Origin: Chthoniobacteraceae bacterium
GTDB lineage: Bacteria; Verrucomicrobiota; Verrucomicrobiia; Chthoniobacterales; Chthoniobacteraceae
Direction: 5' to 3'
Assembly (NCBI GenBank): GCA_031409335.1
Contig: JANNWY010000110.1
Coordinates: 1 to 41,719, forward strand
DNA: 41,719 nt
Position numbers and translations under genes: made by a program. Below are positions 27,583-36,174 of the stretch, piece after piece; position 1 is the first letter of the stretch; every line of letters starts with the position of its first letter. The notes under the pieces are model-generated. The model saw nothing but the letters and a program-made list of their open reading frames with translations. It was not told the origin of the DNA and ran no database searches.

Positions 27583-29394
27583 TTAGCGCTTGGGTTTCAG
27601 CGCCGGCACATTTTCGGACGGGAGGACGGTTTGGTTCCGCGTCACATACAACTGCACGATCGAGAATATGTTCTGAACCGTCCAGTAAAGCGCCAGCGCG
27701 GAAGCGAAATTATAGCAGAAGGCGATGAAGATCAACGGTACAAACATCATGATGCGCTGCTGCATTTGGTCTCCCGACTTCGGTTGCAGTGCCATCGACC
27801 ACAGCATCGTCGCCGCCATCAGCAGCGGCAGAATATTCAACGGAAATCCAAGCACGCGGGCGATCGTGTCGGGCTGCGACAAGTCGGAAACCCACAGGAA
27901 TTTTGAGTTCCGCAATTCCACCGCGGTTCCGAGCATGTTGTAAAATCCGAAGAAGATCGGAATTTGCACGAGCATCGGGAGACACCCGCCAAAGGGATTC
28001 ACGCCATTCTGCTTGTAGAGCTTCATCACCTCCACATTCATCGCCTGCGGATCGTCCTTGTACTTCTCACGCAACTCCACCTGTTTCGGCTGGAGAGCCT
28101 GCATCCGCTTCATCGAGGCGGTCGCCTTGTTCTGAAGCGGCCACATCGCAGTCTTGATCACCAAGGTCAGCAGGATGATCGCGATGGCGTAGCTGCCGAT
28201 CTTCTCTTTGAGAAAGTTCATCGAGTTCAGCAGCGTGCGGCTGACGATGCTGAACATGCCGAAGTTCATGATTTCCGCTTCGTAGTTGTCCAGTTCGCGG
28301 AGGCGGCGGTATTCCCGCGGACCGCCGTAGATTTTGAAACTGCGCGTCACCGCCTCGCCGGGATTCAACTTGAACCCCGCCATGCCGATCGCGCAATCGA
28401 CCCCGCTGCGTTCACCCTGATCGGTCGCCGGATGCCCGGCAGCCTGCCATGCCTCGTCGCCGACAGAAAACGCCCTGGCCCACACCGCGATGCCGCGTTG
28501 TTTTACCTGCGCGTCGATCATCGCTTTCTCATCCACGATCGGCGTGCAGAGCGTGGTGAAATATTGATTCGTCACACCCGCCCATCGGACGTCGCTCAGG
28601 ATTTCCGGCTGCTCGGGATAGACCGCGCGCGGATTGCTTTTCATGAACAGAAATCCGCCGCCCTGAAACCATGACACATCGACCAATTTGTGACTCGTCC
28701 CGCGGAGATGGCTGAAGCCGGTGTAAGTCGGCAAATCCAACTGATGAATCGGCGCAGTCGAGCCCGTGTAAACGTAGTAGCGCGGAATCTCCACCGGCTG
28801 CGCGCTGCGATTGGCAAAGCTCAAGTCAAGCGTCAGCAAGTATTCCTCGCGCAGACGATCCCGGCCCTTCATCTCCGCAAACTTTGGCAGCGTGAACTTT
28901 TTCGTCAGTTGAATCTGCCGCTCATCCGTCCGGTCAAACACGACCGTCCGCGCCGCCGGATCGACCGTCGATGCAAAGGGTTTGCCAAGGCCTTCCCCGG
29001 CAATCTCCGACACTTCGCCGATCGCGATCGTTCCGTAACGATTCAGGACCACCCGGTTCTCCTGAGTCCCAATATGCTCGAGCAGCGTCGCGTTCCGGAT
29101 GCCGCCTCCGAGATTCGTAAATGCGTAGTCCGCCGACTCGGTGGAAACGCTCTCGATTTTCTCTGGCTGCGCAGGCGGGAGATTGGCCGCAGGCGCGGCA
29201 GGCGCGACGGCTGCCGCACCATCGGACGCGGCTGGGGCGGCCGGTTTCGGCTTCGCAGCTTCTTCAGCGGCTGCCACTGCCTCGAATTCCTGGCGGGCAG
29301 CCGCCGCCTCCTGCGACTTGCGGATATAGAAAAATTGCCACGCTCCGAAAAGCGCGACGGCGACGATGAGGCCGAGAACTCCTTTGCGATCCAT
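27583..29394 (-). CDS. yidC: Membrane protein insertase YidC
   Basis: N-terminal TM and periplasmic domain, SMKRMQALQP, NPFGGCLPMLVQIPIF, FLWVSDLSQPD, LALYWTVQN. The start is placed at ATG29394. Confidence 0.96.
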   Translation of the reverse strand: MDRKGVLGLIVAVALFGAWQFFYIRKSQEAAAARQEFEAVAAAEEAAKPKPAAPAASDGAAAVAPAAPAANLPPAQPEKIESVSTESADYAFTNLGGGIRNATLLEHIGTQENRVVLNRYGTIAIGEVSEIAGEGLGKPFASTVDPAARTVVFDRTDERQIQLTKKFTLPKFAEMKGRDRLREEYLLTLDLSFANRSAQPVEIPRYYVYTGSTAPIHQLDLPTYTGFSHLRGTSHKLVDVSWFQGGGFLFMKSNPRAVYPEQPEILSDVRWAGVTNQYFTTLCTPIVDEKAMIDAQVKQRGIAVWARAFSVGDEAWQAAGHPATDQGERSGVDCAIGMAGFKLNPGEAVTRSFKIYGGPREYRRLRELDNYEAEIMNFGMFSIVSRTLLNSMNFLKEKIGSYAIAIILLTLVIKTAMWPLQNKATASMKRMQALQPKQVELREKYKDDPQAMNVEVMKLYKQNGVNPFGGCLPMLVQIPIFFGFYNMLGTAVELRNSKFLWVSDLSQPDTIARVLGFPLNILPLLMAATMLWSMALQPKSGDQMQQRIMMFVPLIFIAFCYNFASALALYWTVQNIFSIVQLYVTRNQTVLPSENVPALKPKR

Positions 29395-29399
29395 AAAAT

Positions 29400-29666
29400 C
29401 TAATGCGGACACCCACGCCGCGCGCCGATGCTGCGCGCCGGCGGCACGGGATCGAGCCCCTCGCCGCCCCACGGATGACACCGCGCAATCCGCCGGACTC
29501 CGAGCAAACTCCCGCGCCACGCGCCATGCGCCGCGACGGCTTGGGAAAAATAGCGGGAGCACGACGGCTCATACCGGCAACCCCCGCCCGCACCGACGAA
29601 CACCGACAAAACCGGCGCGATGAGAAGCTGGTATGCGCGAATCAAAATCTGGATGAGCCGACTCAT
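29400..29666 (-). CDS. yidD: Membrane protein insertion efficiency factor YidD
   Basis: IRAYQ, CRYEPSCSRY, RIARCHPWGGEGLDPVP. Confidence 0.93.
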   Translation of the reverse strand: MSRLIQILIRAYQLLIAPVLSVFVGAGGGCRYEPSCSRYFSQAVAAHGAWRGSLLGVRRIARCHPWGGEGLDPVPPARSIGARRGCPH

Positions 29667-30040
29667 TCCTCCGGGCTCCATACATTTGTCCGGCGGATGA
29701 GGCGAAGCCATTCCTCGCGCAAATCTGAAAACTCCACTTCGACTGCGCGCTGCCGCACCACGATCACCAGCCACGCCCCCGGCATCAGCCGTCCCCGCTC
29801 TGCCCGCAAGATTTCGCGCAAGCGCCGCCGCACGCGATTGCGCTCCGCCGCCCCACCCACTCGGCGCGACGTGATGATCCCGACCCGCGCCGGACCCACC
29901 GCGCCATTTTGCAGAACGCTCAACAACATAAACTTCCCATGCACCGGCACGCCTTCGCCCCGCACCCGCTGGAATTCCGACGCGCGAAAAAGCCGGGCGG
30001 ATTTGGGAAATCGCAAACCCATTTCCCGGGACAAAGACAC
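29663..30040 (-). CDS. rnpA: RNase P protein component
   Basis: RVGIITSRRVGGAAERNRVRRRLRE (RNR motif), between rpmH and yidD. The alternative start is ATG30022. Confidence 0.93.
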   Translation of the reverse strand: MSLSREMGLRFPKSARLFRASEFQRVRGEGVPVHGKFMLLSVLQNGAVGPARVGIITSRRVGGAAERNRVRRRLREILRAERGRLMPGAWLVIVVRQRAVEVEFSDLREEWLRLIRRTNVWSPEE

Positions 30041-30087
30041 AGCGCCGCTCCAGACACGGCCGCGATCGGAAAGGCGGGCGCAGGCGC

Positions 30088-30261
30088 TCAGGCCTGCGTA
30101 TGCCGCGCGTAGTGGATTTCGACGCCCTTTGGCAGCAAACGCTTGCGTCCGCGCTGACGCCGGCGCGAAAGAATCGCACGACCGCTTTTCGTCTTCATGC
30201 GCGCCCGGAAACCGAACTGGCGTTTGCGGGTGCGTTTGGATGGCTGGTAAGTACGTTTCAT
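30088..30261 (-). CDS. rpmH: 50S ribosomal protein L34 with a short C-terminal extension
   Basis: [42 protein letters not shown]. Confidence 0.97.
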   Translation of the reverse strand: MKRTYQPSKRTRKRQFGFRARMKTKSGRAILSRRRQRGRKRLLPKGVEIHYARHTQA

Positions 30262-30301
30262 AGGCCGTGTTGCTGATAGGGTTTTTGGAAAAAGGAGCGC
30301 C

Positions 30302-30329
30302 AGACTAGCGAGACACGCCGGGCTGTCAA
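30302..30329 (-). promoter_or_regulatory. sigma70-type promoter of the rpmH operon
   Basis: TTGACA (30329-30324), 16-bp spacer, TAGTCT (30307-30302), about 40 bp upstream of the rpmH ATG. Confidence 0.6.
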
Positions 30330-30523
30330 CAAGTCGATACGCGCTGTCGCGCGTTTCGCCATCGCACCATGGATTTCCGTCTCGCATGAGTCCGATCGGT
30401 CAATACGCATCCGTGGTTCTTTCTCGCAAAAAACAATCGGCATCCCAGCAGTGCCTCCTTGCCTCCTTGGCCTCCCATCATTGCCACGCGGGCATCTTCC
30501 GTATGAAAACGACATGGCACAAC

Positions 30524-31249
30524 TCACCCAGCAAGCGCTGCGATGAGATGGCGCATCTCATCGTCAAGCTCCGCGGGATCGTGCAGCGTCTGCGCGATCT
30601 CGGCGCGGACGATTTCGCGGAAACGACGGCGCAGGCGGTGGATCGCGACTTTCACCGCGCCCTCGCTGAGCCCGAGCGCGGCGGCGGCGTGCGCCTGCGA
30701 GGTGATTGAAGCGGCGGGCGTGAGCCACGGCTTGAGAGCGATGAATTGCGCCGGGTTTTCGCTTTCGCTTCCGAGCAAAACGAGCGCGCGTTCGATGATG
30801 GCGAGCGCCCACTCGCGGTCGAACGCGGCGGCGGGACCGGGCGCGTTCGCATCAGCCACCTCCGCGCCGGGCAAAGTGTCCGTGCCCTCACCGAGCGCGA
30901 TGTGCTCCGCGCCGCCTCCGCGCTTTTCCCGCGCGGCATTGCGACGGCGGTTCGCAAGGAAATGCTTCACCGCGCCGAGCAGATAGCTGCGAAACCGCCC
31001 GCGCCCGCGCTCAAACGCGCCGAGCGTTTCGTCCGCGAGCACCTTCGCGAAAAACTCGTGCGCCAGCTCGCGCGCAGCATCGTCATCGCGCCCCTCGCGC
31101 CGGAGAAACGCGACGACCGGCGCGTAGCAGCCCGCGCACAATTCGCCAAGCGCCTGCCGCCCTTCCGCGGTGCGGCCCGCAGCGTTCCGCACGAGCGTCC
31201 AGTGCGTGGTGTGAAAGGCGTTCGCGTCGGTCGCGGAGTCAGCGCGCAT
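30524..31249 (-). CDS. ECF sigma factor of the Ser/Thr-kinase-associated type
   Basis: FHTTHWTLV N-terminus, GRFRSYLLGAVKHFLAN (sigma2), FDREWA, AAALGLSEGAVKVAIHRLRRRF (sigma4 HTH). The start is placed at ATG31249. Confidence 0.9.
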   Translation of the reverse strand: MRADSATDANAFHTTHWTLVRNAAGRTAEGRQALGELCAGCYAPVVAFLRREGRDDDAARELAHEFFAKVLADETLGAFERGRGRFRSYLLGAVKHFLANRRRNAAREKRGGGAEHIALGEGTDTLPGAEVADANAPGPAAAFDREWALAIIERALVLLGSESENPAQFIALKPWLTPAASITSQAHAAAALGLSEGAVKVAIHRLRRRFREIVRAEIAQTLHDPAELDDEMRHLIAALAG

Positions 31250-31275
31250 GGTCAGCGGAAACGGGTGTTCGCGGT

Positions 31276-31443
31276 TTCCGGGTAGCACGCTCGCCCCGAG
31301 CGTTGGCGAAGGCGTCCCGCCTTCGTGGACTTCCAAAACGCGTCTTCCCGGATTTCGCTCACGGATTCAGCTGCGACCTGGCAGGTAAGTTCGTTTTGGC
31401 GGGACGCCAAAACCAACGCCCGGGACGGGCGTGCTACCCGGAA
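31276..31443. repeat. REPIN-like element: inverted pair of 57-bp GTAG-type REP-like arms
   Basis: 31276-31332 and 31387-31443 are imperfect inverted repeats starting TTCCGGGTAGCACGC. Each arm has two internal hairpins; the spacer is 54 bp. Confidence 0.85.
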
Positions 31444-31471
31444 CTCCGCAGCCGCGCGACTACCCCGCAGG

Positions 31472-33313
31472 CTATCGTGAGAAGGCATGGCGGAGCCGGT
31501 AAAGGCTGAAGCGCGTCGGCCTGATTGCCGGTTCGGCCTTTTCCCAGATCTTGGCCGGGTCGAAGTCGATGCCGCGTTCGAGCATCTGCGTGGCGTACCT
31601 CGTCTGCGCCGCTTCGCGAATTCGCTTCGCTTGTAGGAAACGGGTCTTGGCGTCGATGTATTCCCGAAGCCGATTTTTTGCCTCAAGCGTTGGAATGTCG
31701 CCTTCTGTGCCTTCATCCAGATTCACGCCGCTTCCATAGTCGCTCGGAGTCGGGTCAATGACACCTAATCGCTCGCGAATCTTGGCCATCTCAACCGCAG
31801 CGTCATCCGATCGCTTGCGTTGTTTTTCCACCTCGTCTCGAAGGGACGCCAGACCTCGGTCCAAGTGGCGCTGCAGATCGGAAAGTCGCTTCTGCTGGTA
31901 CACAACCGCGATGGTATTTGCGATGTTCGCGGCTTCTTTCGTGTCAGTGCTATAGACACCCACTTCGATGAGGCTGCTATTGGGAACTTGTCGGAAGACC
32001 ATCGAGTTTAGCAGCTTCTCTTGAACGCTTTGAAGCGGGAGTTGCCCGCCGTCCTTGGACCACTTTTCGAGCAGTTTTAGATTTTCAATTGCCGGATCGA
32101 GAATCTCAGATTTCTGCAGGATGTTGAACTGCATCGTCACAAATTGCGGGTCTATTTCCCCGGGGTAACCCATCGGGGCGGAATAGTCCGGCTTCGGTTC
32201 GAACGTAATCTTCGAGAAATAGATTGGGGGCAGGAGGAGGTCTAAACTGAACAACGCGAAACCAGCCAGCAGCGCCAGTCCCGCAAACGAAAACAGGGCG
32301 CGCCGGAAAGTCTTTTTCGGTATCGGAACAGGCGTCGCGGCGGCAGGACGCGCGTCGCTTTCCACCACGGTCTGCACCTGCGTGCGCATTTCCTCCGCGC
32401 TGCCCTGGCGGCGTCCGCGCTCCTTTTCCATCGCCTGCCGCACGATGTCATCGACGCGCGGGTCGGCGGCGCTGCGCGCGGATGGCGGCGCGAATTTCCC
32501 GACCGGGAGTTCGCCGGTGAGCAGTTCGTAGAAGACGACGCCGAGCGAGTAGATGTCGGCGCGGTGGTCCACGTTGCCTGGCGTGTCCCGCTGCTCGGGA
32601 GCCATGTATTGCGGGGTGCCGAGCGCGGCGCCGCTGGTGAGATGGGAGTCATGGGAGGAATAGGTCCCATGAGTCCCATCCGTCCCATCGCCGATGAGCT
32701 TCGCGATGCCGAAGTCCGCCAGCTTCACGCGACCTTTCGCGTCGAGGAGGATGTTCTCCGGCTTGATGTCACGGTGGAGCACGCCTTCGTCGTGGGCATA
32801 TTGCAGCGCCTCGCAAATCTTCGGCACCACGCCGAGCGCCTGCGCGGGCGTGAAGCGGCTCGCGCGCATGGCCTGCCGCAGATTCACGCCATCGACGAAC
32901 TCCATGAGCAGGTAGAAAAATGCGCCCGCCTGCCCGTGATCGTACACCGCAACGATGTTCGCGTGATTCAGCCGCGCGAGCAGCCGCGCCTCGCGCTCGA
33001 ACCGGCTTGCGAACGCGGGATCGGCGGCGAGCGATTGCGGCAGGAGTTTCAGTGCGGCGAAGCGATCGAGCTTTGGCTGGCGCACTTGGTAAACCGCGCC
33101 CATCCCACCGCGCCCGATGAGTTCGATCACCTCGAACTGCGGGAACGCCGCCGCGACCTGCTCCAGAGTCGGCGGCACGGATCGCGGCGCGTTGTGTTCC
33201 GTCGCTGCTGCGGCGCCAGCCAAGAGGCACCGCGCGCAGAGACCCTGCGCGGCTCCGGGCGTGAGCGGCGCGCCGCATTCGGGACAGTGGTCTTGGGGCA
33301 TGGCGTTGTTCAT
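31472..33313 (-). CDS. Hanks-type Ser/Thr protein kinase: Zn ribbon, kinase domain, TM, Wzc/Wzz-like periplasmic domain
   Basis: CPEC..CARC, GRGGMG, ALK, HRDIKPEN, DFG, GTPQYMAPE, DIYSLG, then one TM helix and a C-terminal domain (QFNILQKSEIL, LIEVGVYSTDTKEAANIANTIAVVY, IWEKAEPAIRP). Confidence 0.93.
   Translation of the reverse strand: MNNAMPQDHCPECGAPLTPGAAQGLCARCLLAGAAAATEHNAPRSVPPTLEQVAAAFPQFEVIELIGRGGMGAVYQVRQPKLDRFAALKLLPQSLAADPAFASRFEREARLLARLNHANIVAVYDHGQAGAFFYLLMEFVDGVNLRQAMRASRFTPAQALGVVPKICEALQYAHDEGVLHRDIKPENILLDAKGRVKLADFGIAKLIGDGTDGTHGTYSSHDSHLTSGAALGTPQYMAPEQRDTPGNVDHRADIYSLGVVFYELLTGELPVGKFAPPSARSAADPRVDDIVRQAMEKERGRRQGSAEEMRTQVQTVVESDARPAAATPVPIPKKTFRRALFSFAGLALLAGFALFSLDLLLPPIYFSKITFEPKPDYSAPMGYPGEIDPQFVTMQFNILQKSEILDPAIENLKLLEKWSKDGGQLPLQSVQEKLLNSMVFRQVPNSSLIEVGVYSTDTKEAANIANTIAVVYQQKRLSDLQRHLDRGLASLRDEVEKQRKRSDDAAVEMAKIRERLGVIDPTPSDYGSGVNLDEGTEGDIPTLEAKNRLREYIDAKTRFLQAKRIREAAQTRYATQMLERGIDFDPAKIWEKAEPAIRPTRFSLYRLRHAFSR
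32641..32689. repeat. 9-bp-periodic palindromic element in frame within the kinase activation segment
   Basis: GATGGGAGTCATGGGA-N8-TCCCATGAGTCCCATC forms a 16-bp stem with 1 mismatch, with GTCCCAT repeated three times at 9-bp spacing. Confidence 0.75.
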
Positions 33314-33321
33314 ATCCGTTC

Positions 33322-33349
33322 CTGAACCGCCGGGGAAGCGAGGTTACAC
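33322..33349 (-). promoter_or_regulatory. Candidate ECF-type promoter upstream of the kinase
   Basis: GTGTAACC (an AAC-containing ECF-like -35) lies about 30 bp upstream of the kinase ATG; the -10 is uncertain. Confidence 0.3.
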
Positions 33350-33569
33350 CCGTGAAGGGTTTCCCGTTTTCACGTCGCGGCGCGATCAAAACCGATCACG
33401 GCTGCGCGGGATATTCCAAAGAAGACGGCGCAAATCCCATCAATCGTGAAGCAGACCACCGTCGCGCCAGACGTTTACCCGGCCCGATCGTGAAATCACT
33501 TTTCGCCGCGGACGACTTCGCAATCGCACCACTCGACAATCCCGGCCCGCACGCTATCTAAACCGCCCT

Positions 33570-35333
33570 ATGTTCTGGACCGAAGAAATCGCCGCCAAGT
33601 GCAGCGGCGCGCACATCATCAATGACTCGAAGACGCCGAGCGGGCGCGTCCATGTCGGCGCTTTGCGCGGCGTGCTGATTCACGACGCGATCTTTCGCAC
33701 GCTTTGCGAAAAGGGCATCGAGGCGCGTTATCTTTTTGGCACCGATGACTTCGATCCGGTGGATGAAATCCCCAAGGGCGAGGACGAGCATTTCGGGCAA
33801 TACATCGGCTGGCCGCTGTGCAATACGCCCGCGCCGCGCGGATCGTCCGCGCCGGATATGGCGGAACATTTCATGAGCGAGTTTCGCGAGATTTTCGTGG
33901 AGCTGGGCGTGAAGGTGGAAAGCTACCGGATGCGCGATCTTTACCGCAGTGGCGAGTTCAACGAGCCGATCGACGTGATCCTGCGCAACGCGGAAAAAGT
34001 GCGCCGCGTTTACAAGGAAATCTCCGGCAGCGAGCGGCCCGCGCACTGGCTGCCGTTCCAGGTCATCTGCGAAAAGTGTGGCTGCATCGGAACGACGGAA
34101 GTCTCCGACTATGACGGGCGCGAAGTTTCCTACATGTGCCGCGTGGACAAGGTCGTGAATACGAAGCTCAACCTCGGCTGCGGCTGCGGATACGAGGGAA
34201 AAGTGTCGCCATTCGACGGGCGCGGGAAGCTGCCGTGGAAGCTGGAGTGGGTCGCGAAGTGGGTGAAATTTCCCGTGACGATCGAGGGCGCGGGGAAGGA
34301 TCACTCCACGCGCGGCGGCTCGCGCGACGTGAGCGAGGCGTGTCTGCGCGCGATCTACGGCACCGAGCCACCCCTGCGCGTTCCGTATGAATTTTTCCTC
34401 GTCGGCGGAGCGAAGATGTCCTCGTCGAAAGGCGTCGGCGCGAGTGCGCGCGACATGGCGAATCTGCTGCCGCCGGAAGTGCTCCGTTTCCTGATGATCC
34501 GCACGAAACCGAACTCGCCCGTGAACTTCGACGTGCGCGAAGAAGGCATCGTGAAGCTCTTCAATGAATTCGACCGCTTCCACAGTCGCGCCGCCATCGA
34601 AGGGAACGCGACACCCGACGAAGCCTGCGTACACCGGCTTTCCGAGCTGACGCCCGAAGGCGGCTACATGAACGCGAACTTCCAGCTCGTAAGCGCGCTC
34701 GTGCAGATGCCGCACCTCGATCCCGTGCAGGAAATCGAGAAACGCAAAGGCGCGCCGCTCACCGCGATCGAGCGGCATCATCTCGATCAACGCATCGCCT
34801 CCGCGAAAATCTGGGTCGAAAACTACGCGAGCGAAGAGGAGAAAACGCGCCTGCAAGAAACGCTTCCCGCCCGGGCGCAAGATCTCACGCACACCCAGCG
34901 CGCGTTCCTGCAAAATCTCGCTGCCGCGCTTTCCGAAACGTCGTGGGAAGACAACGCGCTTCAGTCAAAAGTCTTCGAGATCGCGCGCATGACACCCATC
35001 GAGCAACCCATCGCCTTCAAAGCCATCTACCGCGTCCTGCTCGACCGCGAAGCCGGCCCGAAAGCCGGCAACCTGCTCGCCTTTCTCGAACGCGATTTCG
35101 TCATCGCGCGCTTCCGCGAACTCCCGTGCGACAAGCTCACCTTCTGGCGCGAATCCTCGATCAAAATGGACGCGCTCGAAGCATGGATGAGCAAGGAGGC
35201 CGACAAGATCGGATCGCACGAATCGGACCTCTGCGTGGAGGGCGGGGCCACTGCGAATGAAATGACCTTCACGATGAAGGACGGCAAACGCCTCCTGAAA
35301 CGCGTGGTCGTCGAAGGCCCGCTGATCGCGTAG
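33570..35333 (+). CDS. lysS: Lysine--tRNA ligase, class I (archaeal type)
   Basis: TPSGRVHVG (HIGH-like), KMSSSKG (KMSKS-like), KLPWKLEW, EGAGKDH, zinc CEKC..CGC, C-terminal FKAIYRVLL..GPKAG. Confidence 0.95.
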   Translation: MFWTEEIAAKCSGAHIINDSKTPSGRVHVGALRGVLIHDAIFRTLCEKGIEARYLFGTDDFDPVDEIPKGEDEHFGQYIGWPLCNTPAPRGSSAPDMAEHFMSEFREIFVELGVKVESYRMRDLYRSGEFNEPIDVILRNAEKVRRVYKEISGSERPAHWLPFQVICEKCGCIGTTEVSDYDGREVSYMCRVDKVVNTKLNLGCGCGYEGKVSPFDGRGKLPWKLEWVAKWVKFPVTIEGAGKDHSTRGGSRDVSEACLRAIYGTEPPLRVPYEFFLVGGAKMSSSKGVGASARDMANLLPPEVLRFLMIRTKPNSPVNFDVREEGIVKLFNEFDRFHSRAAIEGNATPDEACVHRLSELTPEGGYMNANFQLVSALVQMPHLDPVQEIEKRKGAPLTAIERHHLDQRIASAKIWVENYASEEEKTRLQETLPARAQDLTHTQRAFLQNLAAALSETSWEDNALQSKVFEIARMTPIEQPIAFKAIYRVLLDREAGPKAGNLLAFLERDFVIARFRELPCDKLTFWRESSIKMDALEAWMSKEADKIGSHESDLCVEGGATANEMTFTMKDGKRLLKRVVVEGPLIA

Positions 35334-35347
35334 TACATTCCGGCGCG

Positions 35348-36166
35348 ATGAAATTCGGCATCTGCAACGAAATCTTCCAAGGCTGGAACCTCGACGACAC
35401 TTTCGCGTACGCGAAAAAGGCCGGATACGATCTCATCGAAATCGCGCCATTCACCGTCGCAAAAACCGTGAACGACATCTCCCCTGCCCGCCGGATCGAA
35501 ATCCGCGATGCCGCAGCCCGCGCCGGCATCGGCATCTCCGGCCTGCACTGGGTCCTCGTGCAAACGGAAGGGCTCCACCTCACGTCGCCCGACCCGTCCG
35601 TCCGACAGCGCACCGGGCGATACCTCGACGACCTCGTCAAATGCTGCGCCGATCTCGGCGGAACGCGCATCGTGCTCGGCTCGCCAAAGCAGCGCAACGT
35701 GGCCGACGGAATCCCCTTCCAGCAAGCGCGCATCTGGGCCTTCGACACGTTGTGCGGTGCAGTTCACGTTGCGGCGGATCGCGGCGTGGTCATCTGCTTC
35801 GAGCCGCTCGCGCCCTCCGAGACGAATTTCATCAACACCGCCGCCGACGCCATCCGTTTCGCCGAGCTGTTTGAAAGCTCCGCCATGTCGATCATCCTCG
35901 ATGTGAAAGCGATGTGCGCCGAGGAAAAGCCCATCCCGCAAATCATCCGCGAAAGCGCCGGGAAGTTCGCCTACTTCCACGCCAACGATCGCAATCTGAA
36001 AGGCCCCGGCTTCGGCGAAGTGGACTTCCGACCCATCGCCGCGGCGCTGCGCGAAAGCGGCTACGATGGCACCGTCTCGGTGGAAGTCTTCGACTTCACC
36101 GAAGGCCCGGAAGTGATCGCGACGAAAAGCATCGAATATTTGCGCGAGACGTTCGCGCCCGCCTGA
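35348..36166 (+). CDS. Sugar phosphate isomerase/epimerase (xylose isomerase-like TIM barrel)
   Basis: GYDLIEIAP, FEPL, ILD, HAND, GPGFGEVDF, GYDGTVSVEVF. Confidence 0.88.
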   Translation: MKFGICNEIFQGWNLDDTFAYAKKAGYDLIEIAPFTVAKTVNDISPARRIEIRDAAARAGIGISGLHWVLVQTEGLHLTSPDPSVRQRTGRYLDDLVKCCADLGGTRIVLGSPKQRNVADGIPFQQARIWAFDTLCGAVHVAADRGVVICFEPLAPSETNFINTAADAIRFAELFESSAMSIILDVKAMCAEEKPIPQIIRESAGKFAYFHANDRNLKGPGFGEVDFRPIAAALRESGYDGTVSVEVFDFTEGPEVIATKSIEYLRETFAPA

Positions 36167-36174
36167 CGATCCGG

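Noticed and set aside
3419..30040. Co-location of rnpB and rnpA in one window
   Set aside because: They are about 26 kb apart with unrelated genes between, so there is no sign of functional linkage.
30262..30523. oriC upstream of rpmH
   Set aside because: No dnaA gene, no TTATCCACA-like box cluster and no AT-rich unwinding element were seen.
31250..31336. N-terminal extension of the ECF ORF (similar extensions on amylase, DUF1592, hprK, yidC, yidD, rpmH)
   Set aside because: These are longest-ORF artefacts. The ECF extension runs through the REP-like arm, and downstream ATGs fit the family N-termini or signal peptides better.
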